A stretch of 32,000 bases of DNA from an uncultured bacterium. GTDB lineage: Bacteria; Patescibacteriota; Gracilibacteria; UBA1369; PNNO01. The notes beneath the pieces were generated by a model. The model worked only from the letters and a program-made list of their open reading frames with translations, made no database searches and was not told the DNA's origin. Where the stretch lies: the NCBI GenBank assembly GCA_963704705.1, contig OY969931.1, positions 780,001 through 812,000 of the forward strand, given 5' to 3'. Numbering within the stretch: the first letter of the stretch is position 1; every line of letters begins with the position of its first letter. Shown here piece by piece: positions 18,900 through 26,410 of this stretch. The translations under genes and the position numbers were made by a program.

Positions 18900-18928
18900 T
18901 TGACTTTGTAGCTACATTTTTATATAAT
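18900..18928 (+). promoter_or_regulatory. sigma70 promoter with inverted-repeat operator, hicA cassette
   Basis: TTGACT (18900-18905) - 17 nt - TATAAT (18923-18928). The inverted repeat ctacatt/aatgtag brackets the -10. Confidence 0.6.
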
Positions 18929-18954
18929 GTAGTTACGGTTGCACGCCAATTTTT

Positions 18955-19194
18955 ATGACCAAAATCGAAAAAACCGTACAAAACCTGCTAAATAATCCCA
19001 AGTCTCTTAAATTCAAGGAAATTCAAAAAGTATTAACATTTTTAGGATTTGAATTGATCAAAGCAAAGGGAAGCCACAAAAAATTCAAGCATCAAAATCT
19101 TAATCACGACCTGATAATCCCGGTCCACAACAACGATTGCAAAACCTTTTACAAAATTCTCGCCTCAAAAACCATAAAAAAGCTTATATCATGA
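18955..19194 (+). CDS. hicA: HicA-family mRNA interferase toxin
   Basis: 79 aa. LTFLGFELIKAKGSHKKFKH...IIPVHNNDCK matches the HicA pattern (GF....GSH..f.h......v.vP.H). Confidence 0.8.
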   Translation: MTKIEKTVQNLLNNPKSLKFKEIQKVLTFLGFELIKAKGSHKKFKHQNLNHDLIIPVHNNDCKTFYKILASKTIKKLIS

Positions 19195-19511
19195 AAAACA
19201 TCATTCATTACATAACAATCAATAATAAAAAGTATACATATACTTTAAAGCCCGGAAGCGGCAAAAAAACCCTTGTTGAATGCAAAGAGGCCAATATAAA
19301 TCAGAAATTTTTAAATGAAGATATCCCTGAACTGTTAAATGATCTGCCAAATTTGATTTTGGCGGAAAAAAAATATAAAAAGCAGCAGTCTGAGCTGATA
19401 AGGTTCAGGGTGAGCGCGGATGATAAAAAACAAATCGAAAAAATCGCGGTTAAAAAAGGCTACAATTCGGTTTCGGGCTATTTGAGGGATTTGGCTTTGG
19501 GGGATGTTTAA
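19191..19511 (+). CDS. cognate antitoxin with C-terminal ribbon-helix-helix (CopG-like) domain
   Basis: ATG at 19191 overlaps the hicA stop (ATGA). The C-terminus IRFRVSADDKKQIEKIAVKKGYNSVSGYLRDLAL is a typical RHH. The track start at 19137 is probably too far upstream. Confidence 0.65.
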   Translation: MKNIIHYITINNKKYTYTLKPGSGKKTLVECKEANINQKFLNEDIPELLNDLPNLILAEKKYKKQQSELIRFRVSADDKKQIEKIAVKKGYNSVSGYLRDLALGDV

Positions 19512-19573
19512 AAATTGACAAATTAGACAAAAAGAGCTAAATTAATTTCTTGATTTACTCTTAACATTCCACC

Positions 19574-20553
19574 ATGAATACTGAACCTAAAGACAAAATC
19601 GCAGAAGAATTAAACGCACAACCGGAATTAGCAGACAAAGCAAATGATACAAGTGCCCAAGAATATAATATGGGTGTCTCAGATGAAGTATCTGAGGTTC
19701 TTGAACAAACTGAATTAATCGAAAAAGCAAAAACAGAAGTAACAAAGGCAGTTAAACAAGCAGGAGAAGTTTTGTTACAACTTTTAGGTAAGGTGGATTT
19801 TGAATTTAAAGATGATGGAAGCCATGTTACAAAGGCTGATACAAGAGTGCAGGAATTAATCCGAACTCATTTAAGCGAAGCTTTCCCTGATTTTTCTTTT
19901 ATGGGTGAAGAAGGTGAAGATTCCGGAGTACAAAAGTTTGATTTTGAATGGGTGGTTGATCCATTGGACGGGACTATAAATTTTGGAAATAATATTGATT
20001 TCTTTGCTATATCAGTTGGCTTGAAGTATAAAAACACTCCGGTTTTGGGGGTTGTTTATGTCCCTGCTCAAAAAGAATTAATTACAGGTGATTTAACTGG
20101 TAAAAGCAAATGCAATGATATAGAAATCCAGGAATCAACTGAAAAAAATCATAAGAAAAAACCTTTTGCAGATGGTGTTTGGAATAAAAATACAGTTGTT
20201 TATTCAGAAGAGGCTGCAAAATTAAAAGGTAAGCCTCGAACAATGGGTACAGCAGTTCATACATTAATGGATGTTGCCAAAGGCGGATTCGGTCATGCAG
20301 TTTTATCAAATGTATTTATTTGGAATATTTTAGCTGCAATGCCAATTTTAAAAGGCGCAGGTGCTGATTTGTTAATTTGGCAGGATGGTGAGTGGAAAAA
20401 ATATAATAAATTGACCCTAGTTTATTTAATAAAGAAAACTCTTTTACTGTTTTAGCTGCAAGCAATACTAATCTAGACTATTGCAAAGCTAATATTTCAA
20501 TTGATAAATCACGTGAATTTGATTTTCAGACGAAAAACCACCTTTTGACATAA
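19574..20553 (+). pseudogene. inositol-monophosphatase-family gene (copy/domain 1), 3' end frameshifted
   Basis: IMPase motifs are present: KADTRVQELI, FMGEEG, WVVDPLDGTINF. The reading frame breaks near 20410-20413. The family-like C-terminus (DPSLFNKENSFTVLAASNTNL...) continues in another frame to the stop at 20551-20553. Confidence 0.7.
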
Positions 20554-21426
20554 GCACTACCGATAAAAAAGAAGCTGAATATGATCCTGCAGTACTTGAT
20601 CGTTTTCAATCGTTATTTGCAAAAATAGCAGAGATTACACGAAACGTTATTAATACAGGTAAAAAAGAAATTACTTTAAAAGAGGATGACTCAGAACAAA
20701 CAAACGAAGACGTTAGAATCGAAGAAGAACTCAAAGAATTATTAATGACTGAATTCCCGGATTTTAATTTTATGGGAGAAGAAACACCAAATATATTAAC
20801 TGGCAGCAGATACGGTTTTATTGTTGACCCTATCGACGGCACAACAAATTACTCAAACAATTTACCGTCTTTTGCAACCATAGTTTGTCTGGACTTTTGA
20901 CAGCAAACCTATTGGCGGATTGATTTACTTCCCTAAGCTTGATATGGCGGTTTTCAACAATGCAGATTCGACTTTTATAAGCAGATTTGATCATAATAAT
21001 GAAGCACAAATAGAAAAAGTTGATGTAAAAGATGACTTATTTGAAAATGAAGATGAAAATATTCCATTTGGATTTAGTTCACACGCCAGAAGCAAGATCA
21101 AATATAATAAAGAAGTATCAAAAGTATTTAATCAGCCACGAACATTCGGTTCAGCTGCTTCAGTTATCTCATTTACAGGTACGGGCAGTTTAAGAGGATT
21201 TGTTTTGGCAGGAGCAAAATTATATGATTTTGCAGGAGGTGTGCCTTTAATTGAAAACGGAGGTGGTAAAGTATATATTCTTGATGAGGAAGACGCTTGT
21301 TGGAAAGAATATGATGAAATGTTTGAAAAGCTAATGCAGGAACCTGAAGTTAAAAGATATATAATTGGAGGTGGCCCAAATACAGTTAAAAAATTGATGG
21401 AAAATATGCATCCTGAGGTGAAATAG
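20523..21426 (+). pseudogene. inositol-monophosphatase-family gene (copy/domain 2), no start codon, internal frameshift
   Basis: Frame 20523-20900 encodes ..EELKELLMTEFPDFNFMGEE..FIVDPIDGTTNYSNNLPSFATIVCL but has no start codon before the motif region. It shifts near 20884-20900 into ORF 20920-21426 (..KPIGGLIYFP...). An A-run at 20533-20537 could link it to copy 1. Confidence 0.65.
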
Positions 21427-21455
21427 GGGTAATCCTGAGGTGAAATAGGGGTAAT
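21412..21455 (+). repeat. perfect 22-nt tandem duplication (cctgaggtgaaataggggtaat x2)
   Basis: 21412-21433 equals 21434-21455, and the next 5 nt (cctgg) start a third unit. It spans the stop codon of ORF 20920-21426 and abuts repeat copy C. Confidence 0.9.
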
Positions 21456-21613
21456 CCTGGCCCGGGCCGGCATTTGAACTTTGAGCGATTTTTGGTGCGC
21501 GGTAGGTATACCCGGCCCGGGCCCGGCGTTTGACCTCGGTTCATTTTAGTTGCGCTGTATGCGAAAGTGGTCACGTGACCACTTTTTTTAGAAAAATTTA
21601 ATCAAAATTTAAT
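21456..21613 (+). repeat. REP/BIME-like composite repeat, copy C (2 subunits + terminator + conserved tail)
   Basis: Same architecture as copy B: ggcccgggccgg palindrome, catttgaac..GCGATTTTTGGTGCGCGGTAGGTATACC, ccggcccgggcccgg, then the second subunit, a hairpin at 21564-21589 and a conserved tail. Confidence 0.9.
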
Positions 21614-21651
21614 ATTTGTTTGTTATAATATTTACGTGTATTAACAATGTA

Positions 21652-21681
21652 TTGACAATGTAATTACAAGTTTGCTATACT
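21652..21681 (+). promoter_or_regulatory. sigma70 promoter with operator-like repeats, relB/yafQ-like cassette
   Basis: TTGACA (21652-21657) - 18 nt - TATACT (21676-21681). Direct repeats caatgta x2 and the palindrome tgtaattaca overlap the spacer. Confidence 0.55.
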
Positions 21682-21708
21682 GTAAATGAGAATCTAATCA
21701 CATTTAAT

Positions 21709-21984
21709 ATGGCAACTATACAACTTCGCATTGATAATGCTACAAAAAAATCCGCTAAAATAATTCTGGATAAACTGGGTATTGATATGACTTCTGCGAT
21801 TAAAATCTATTTAAAGCAGATAGTGATAAATAAAGGAATCCCCTTTAAACTGCTGACTGAAAATGGTTTAACCATCAAGCAGGAGAATGAAATACTCAAA
21901 GCTTCAAAAGAAGCTAAAAAAGGAATAGGGGTAACTAAGGCGATGAGTCCTAAAGAGGCGATAGAACATCTAAATAAGCTCTGA
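21709..21984 (+). CDS. RelB/DinJ-family antitoxin
   Basis: 91 aa. The N-terminus TIQLRIDNATKKSAKIILDKLGIDMTSAIKIYLKQIV is a typical DinJ/RelB RHH domain. Confidence 0.8.
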   Translation: MATIQLRIDNATKKSAKIILDKLGIDMTSAIKIYLKQIVINKGIPFKLLTENGLTIKQENEILKASKEAKKGIGVTKAMSPKEAIEHLNKL

Positions 21985-22245
21985 TGCAAATTATTAAACG
22001 CAAAAAATTTGATAAAAAATTTAAACAGCTTTCACCTAAACTAAAAGAAAAAATAAAATCTGCCATAAAGCTCTTTGCAGAAGACCCGCACAATCCAATA
22101 TTAAAAAATCATGCATTAAAAGGCCAACTAGAAGGATTACGCGCCTTTTCAGTAACTGGTGACGTAAGGGTTATATTTAAGGCGTATGACGATTACGTGC
22201 TCGTGATTATGCTAGGATGTTGGAATCCATAATCAGGTTTATTAA
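21984..22245 (+). pseudogene. YafQ/RelE-family toxin with C-terminal frameshift
   Basis: FKKQLSPKLKEKI..NPILKNHALKGQLEGLRAFSVTGDVRVIF is a RelE/YafQ pattern. The annotated frame ends ..VIMLGCWNP* at 22232. The family-typical ending DVGIHNQVY* is encoded at 22216-22245 in the +1 frame. Confidence 0.65.
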
Positions 22246-22305
22246 AACCTGAAAAGAATAAGTTCAGAAAGTGATTATTAGTCCCCCACTCCAACAATTT
22301 ATTTA

Positions 22306-22659
22306 TTAAGAAAGCCTCGATTTTTTCTTTGGATGCAGCAAATCCTCCCCTGTTCGTATATTAATTAGCCTGCTGTTTCTTAGCTGCCCTTTTACTCCGT
22401 CCTGTGGATATCTGTGCCCCCACGCGCAAAAGATTGGCACATGCCAGCATTTGCCTGTTTTTTGGTCGTAAATGTTAGAGATAATTCGGTATTTATGAAC
22501 CGGTGTATTGCATCTTCTACAGATATTGGGATTGCACACGCAGCTAATATCCCACTGCTCACCGTCAAACATGCATTTGCCTTTGTAATGGCCGCATTTA
22601 CTGCATCTTTTAAGTCCTGCAGGGACTTTTGGATTGGATTGTGATTCATTGTAGGGCAC
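22306..22659 (-). CDS. hypothetical Cys-rich (zinc-ribbon-like) protein
   Basis: 117 aa with CxxC pairs (CSKCGH, CRRCNTPVH) and further Cys/His. The region is GC-richer, so alternative overlapping ORFs exist. Chosen for the metal-binding pattern. Confidence 0.4.
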   Translation of the reverse strand: MPYNESQSNPKVPAGLKRCSKCGHYKGKCMFDGEQWDISCVCNPNICRRCNTPVHKYRIISNIYDQKTGKCWHVPIFCAWGHRYPQDGVKGQLRNSRLINIRTGEDLLHPKKKSRLS

Positions 22660-22740
22660 CTGTTCCTTTTGGGAAGTTGCCGGCGGGTCATAGAGTCAAG
22701 TCTCTTAGCCGCGCTCGTGATAAGTTGAGAAGACTAGTTA

Positions 22741-23586
22741 TTATTTCAATTTGTTTTTAGCTTGCTGTCCCGATAAAGGATTACTTTTTGTAATCACGCT
22801 TCGCCCTATTTCTTTTTCTGTATTTTTTCTGGCTTCGCCTGCGATATTTCCACCCCGTCTTGCTACTTTTTTATTTTCGGGTATGCCTTCGGGTTTCTCG
22901 TTTTTTGAGATTTCTGTTGTAACTTTTTCTCCAAGCATAGTGAAAATCAGCTCAAGGTCAGTCATGTTGTCACGCAAATTCGCTTTTGATTTGGTTGGAA
23001 TATTCTTGAATTTCTTGTATTGAGCCGGCGTCATGCCAAAAGTTGCTTTGGAAATTTCAGCGGTTAATATTCCATAATCTTTGTAATTGGATATACCTCT
23101 TTGTTTCCATTCATCTGTAAGATCTTGCCTGATCACAATGCCGCGAAGCCTTTTATCAATCCAGTCTTTGGGATAGCCTTTTTGCTCATAAAGCATTTTC
23201 ATTCTTTCCTGAGCCAACTCCGGATTTTCAATTTCTTCCATTCTTTCATAACCCACTTTTGCCAGCCATCTTTTGAAGGGTTCAGCTTTTGGTGAAGGAA
23301 TAGATTGAATAATACGAAGAAGTCCCTCCGTATTCGCGCAATCTGTAATATACTTTTTCCCGTCAGTAGCTTCCAATTTCAGTCGGTGACAAAATGTCAC
23401 CACCTCACTTCCTTCTTCCCTAAGCCTTTGTGAAAGCTTATTCCAATATTTTCTGGCTGTTTGATAATCCGGATTATCTGTTAAAGCAGAACAAACGTCC
23501 ACTACAGAAAAATACCACTCCTTATTATGCCAGATTCTTCGAATCTGTTTAGATTGAAAAAGAACGAGTTTATTTGAATGATCCAT
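22741..23586 (-). CDS. BRO-N domain protein (DinD / phage antirepressor-like)
   Basis: 281 aa. The N-terminus FQSKQIRRIWHNKEWYFSVVDVCSAL..ARKYW fits the BRO-N pattern, and the overall layout resembles DNA-damage-inducible protein D. Confidence 0.65.
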   Translation of the reverse strand: MDHSNKLVLFQSKQIRRIWHNKEWYFSVVDVCSALTDNPDYQTARKYWNKLSQRLREEGSEVVTFCHRLKLEATDGKKYITDCANTEGLLRIIQSIPSPKAEPFKRWLAKVGYERMEEIENPELAQERMKMLYEQKGYPKDWIDKRLRGIVIRQDLTDEWKQRGISNYKDYGILTAEISKATFGMTPAQYKKFKNIPTKSKANLRDNMTDLELIFTMLGEKVTTEISKNEKPEGIPENKKVARRGGNIAGEARKNTEKEIGRSVITKSNPLSGQQAKNKLK

Positions 23587-23625
23587 AAGTTTGATATTAC
23601 AAAAATAAATGTGTTTAAATTATAG

Positions 23626-23641
23626 GTGAGCGTACGCTCAC
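23626..23641. repeat. perfect 16-nt palindrome gtgagcgtacgctcac in a divergent intergenic region
   Basis: Lies between the divergently oriented BRO-N gene and DUF2779 gene and is preceded by ATAG. Could be an operator or a single REP-like hairpin. Confidence 0.5.
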
Positions 23642-23726
23642 TGTCAATTAATTTAAGATTTTTTGCGTTTTCTTAGTTCTTTTAATATGGTCATGATATA
23701 ATTTCAAACGATTTAATCCCCTCCCT

Positions 23727-25196
23727 TTGTCTCTATCCAAAACCGACTACAACCAATACCTTCAATGCCCCAAGCAGCTTTGGCTGAGTAAGTTTCGCAA
23801 AGAACTCAAAGCCCCGACCACTGAAGTTCAGCAGAATGTTTTTGACCAGGGGCATGAAGTTGAATCGTACGCGGACAAGTTGTTCCCCGAAGGCGTAACA
23901 GTTAAGGATTGGTACGCGAGAGGCCGCGAAGAAACGCAAAACTACATCAACCAAGGAAAAACAACGATTTTTCAGGCCAATGCGCTCACAAACGACCTAT
24001 ATTGCAAGGCCGACATCCTCCACTTCAACGACGAGACTAAAAAGTGGGACCTTTATGAGGTTAAGTCTTCGACTGAAGTTAAGCCCGAGCATATTCCGGA
24101 TGTGTGTTTTCAGAAAATCGCACTACAACAAGATGGAATCGACATTGATCGCACGTATCTGGTGCATGTTAATAAAAATTACGTACGTCAGGGCGAAATC
24201 GATCCCAAAAAACTGCTGACTTTCGAAGATATAACCGAGGATGTTGAAAACCTGCAACAAATCACTGAAACTCAAATTCCAAAGGCGCTTGAAATTCTAA
24301 AACTCACGCAGGAACCCCAAATTCAGATCGGAAAGCAATGCGATAAGCCGTACGAGTGTCCGTTTAAGCCTTATTGCTGGGCAAATGTTCCGGAGTTTTC
24401 GATTTATGATATTACAAGGATAACCAAAAAGCAGCTTAAAGCCCTGCAAGGCATGAATATTTTGAAGATTGAGGATGTTCCGGATGATTTTGACCTCACC
24501 CCTGCCCAGCAAAATCAGGTTATGGCAACAAAAACTCAAAAGCCGCTGATTGATAAAGAAGCGATTCATGACGAGCTCGCTAAACTCGAATATCCTTTGT
24601 ATTTTCTGGATTATGAAACGTACGGCGGGGCTGTTCCCCTTTTTGACGGACTTAAACCTTACCAGCAAATGCCTTTTCAGTACTCTTTGCATGTTGTTGA
24701 GCAAGAAGGCGCTGAGCCTGAGCATTATGAATATCTGCATCAGGGCAAGGATAATCCGATTCCGGCTTTGCTTGAAAGTATGCGCGCGAATATAGGTGAT
24801 ATTGGCAGTGTGATTGTGTGGTATAAGGGGTTTGAAAAAGGCAGGAATGAAGAGATGGCAGCGATGTATCCGGAGTATGCCGGGTTTTTGAAGTCAGTTA
24901 ACACGCGTGTTTTTGATTTGATGGATATTTTTAAGGCCCAGCATTATGTTGACGTGGGTTTTAAGGGAAGCTGTTCAATAAAAAAGGTTCTTCCTGTTTT
25001 GGTGCCTTCGCTATCGTATGCGGATCTGGAAGATGTGCGGGAAGGCGGAATTGCTTCGCTTTACTGGTTTAAGCATGTTTATGGCGCGGTTGATTCGGCG
25101 ATGCGGAAGCGCGTGTCGGAGAATTTACTTAAGTACTGTGAATTGGATACGTTGGCGATGGCAGAGGTTTGGAGGAGTATGTTAAAATTAAATTAA
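23727..25196 (+). CDS. DUF2779-like protein: N-terminal Cas4/RecB-like PD-(D/E)xK nuclease + C-terminal DEDD-like exonuclease fold
   Basis: 489 aa with a TTG start. YLQCPKQLWL, DILHF..WDLYEVKSS (D..ExK) and a C-x5-C-x5-C cluster (QCDKPYECPFKPYCW) give the Cas4-like 4-Cys pattern. C-terminal YFLDYET, VWYKGFEKG and YCELDTLAM resemble Exo I/II/III motifs. Confidence 0.7.
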   Translation: MSLSKTDYNQYLQCPKQLWLSKFRKELKAPTTEVQQNVFDQGHEVESYADKLFPEGVTVKDWYARGREETQNYINQGKTTIFQANALTNDLYCKADILHFNDETKKWDLYEVKSSTEVKPEHIPDVCFQKIALQQDGIDIDRTYLVHVNKNYVRQGEIDPKKLLTFEDITEDVENLQQITETQIPKALEILKLTQEPQIQIGKQCDKPYECPFKPYCWANVPEFSIYDITRITKKQLKALQGMNILKIEDVPDDFDLTPAQQNQVMATKTQKPLIDKEAIHDELAKLEYPLYFLDYETYGGAVPLFDGLKPYQQMPFQYSLHVVEQEGAEPEHYEYLHQGKDNPIPALLESMRANIGDIGSVIVWYKGFEKGRNEEMAAMYPEYAGFLKSVNTRVFDLMDIFKAQHYVDVGFKGSCSIKKVLPVLVPSLSYADLEDVREGGIASLYWFKHVYGAVDSAMRKRVSENLLKYCELDTLAMAEVWRSMLKLN

Positions 25197-25197
25197 T

Positions 25198-26043
25198 ATG
25201 AAAAATATAATAGTAAATCAGCCAAAAAGCGACAAAATGGTGGATCAGCTTGCCTCATTGTATTATGCGTTAATTCAACTTGATAAAAATGAAGCAGCCA
25301 ATTTTGATTTATCTCAGTTAAATTTTGTTGGATCTTTGCTTTTAACTACTCTTGCCTCTTACGTCAAAGATACCGATAGTGACTATATATCCCCGGATAA
25401 CGTAGATTTACGTTCTTATTTAAAAACAATAGCTTTTCCAAATTGTCTAAAAACCATATCAAGTATTCAAAAAAGGAAGAACTATTTGCCGCTCAGTTTG
25501 ATTGAGAAATCAAATAATCCCAATGAAAAAGAAGAAATACTTAATTGTTTTTATAATTTAATTTATAAATTAACAGGCGAAATTCCCAAAACACAAAATG
25601 CACTTATTTATCCGATTTCAGAATTAGTAAATAATATTTTTGAGCATAGCAAAAAAAAACAAGGTGTTATCTCGGGACAAACATTTCCCAAAAAGAATTT
25701 TCTTGAAATATCAATTGTAGATCGTGGAAGAGGAATCTCTGCTTCATATAAAGAAGCTTTAAATAAAGAATACACTGATGAAATGGCATTAAAACAAAGT
25801 ATGTTGGGCCAGTCCTCTAAAAGTGATGTAGAAAGAGGATATGGGATTCACACTTCAAAAAGATTGGTATGTACAGGATTGGGTGGTGAGTTTTTATTGC
25901 TTTCCGGTAATGCCGCATTAATATCTACCCCCAAAAGAGATAAAATTTTCACTTTGCCTAAATTTTATTGGCAAGGTGTGATAATATCATATCGAATACC
26001 GTTCCCCAAGTCCCCTATTGAAATATATAAGTATGTGGAGTAA
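25198..26043 (+). CDS. GHKL-superfamily ATPase (SpoIIAB/RsbW-like HATPase_c) with an uncharacterised N-terminal domain
   Basis: 281 aa with N-box ELVNNIFEHS, G1 VDRGRGI and G2 GYGIHTSKRL. The ATG is 1 nt after the DUF2779 stop. Confidence 0.7.
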   Translation: MKNIIVNQPKSDKMVDQLASLYYALIQLDKNEAANFDLSQLNFVGSLLLTTLASYVKDTDSDYISPDNVDLRSYLKTIAFPNCLKTISSIQKRKNYLPLSLIEKSNNPNEKEEILNCFYNLIYKLTGEIPKTQNALIYPISELVNNIFEHSKKKQGVISGQTFPKKNFLEISIVDRGRGISASYKEALNKEYTDEMALKQSMLGQSSKSDVERGYGIHTSKRLVCTGLGGEFLLLSGNAALISTPKRDKIFTLPKFYWQGVIISYRIPFPKSPIEIYKYVE

Positions 26044-26071
26044 TATATAAGATCCTCAAATAATTTATATT

Positions 26072-26407
26072 ATGAATAATGAAACAACAAAAAGAATAAA
26101 GATAATTGATATTGTTGGCGCTAACACAATTTCTTCAAGAGATGTTGTTATAAATTTTCTGCCAATTATCAAGAAAAATTTAAAAAACTCTATTGTTTTC
26201 GATTTTTCAGATATAAATTTTATTTCAAGGTCAGCTGCGCATGAACTTATTAAGCTTAAAACAAAATATTTTAATATTACATTTAGCAATTTGGCGGATG
26301 AAGTATCTGAAATGCTTAGGATAATTGCCGCAAACATTGCTTCACCAAAAAAATCACAAGACGAATTTTCACCGGAAAAAACTACTTTTAGTGCGTTGTT
26401 AAACTAA
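26072..26407 (+). CDS. STAS-like DUF4325 protein
   Basis: 111 aa. SSRDVVINFLPIIKKNL..IVFDFSDINFISRSAAHELI matches the DUF4325 / anti-sigma-antagonist-like pattern (..lDF.gV..iS.Sf..E..). Confidence 0.6.
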   Translation: MNNETTKRIKIIDIVGANTISSRDVVINFLPIIKKNLKNSIVFDFSDINFISRSAAHELIKLKTKYFNITFSNLADEVSEMLRIIAANIASPKKSQDEFSPEKTTFSALLN

Positions 26408-26410
26408 TTT

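Noticed and set aside
20606-20842. Minus-strand ORF 20606-20842 (78 aa)
   Set aside because: It is antisense to the plus-strand frame that encodes clear IMPase motifs (FMGEE, VDPIDGT), and its translation is low-complexity Ser-rich.
14821-21613. Repeats as integron attC sites / a cassette array
   Set aside because: I could find no GTTRRRY core or RYYYAAC inverse core, and no intI gene in the window. The cassettes also have their own promoters and are multi-gene. Only the analogy of a repeat at each cassette boundary plus TA cargo remains.
14821-21613. Repeats as a CRISPR array or as type III TA antitoxin RNA repeats
   Set aside because: The subunits are contiguous with no spacers, there are only two per locus, and no cas genes are present. 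The downstream toxins are type II families (HicA, RelE/YafQ) with protein antitoxins and their own promoters after the hairpin.
22392-22691. Alternative ORFs 22392-22691 (-) and 22414-22644 (+), overlapping the Cys-rich ORF
   Set aside because: They have no recognisable motifs. The region is GC-richer, so spurious frames are likely. The CxxC-containing frame was preferred, though with low confidence.
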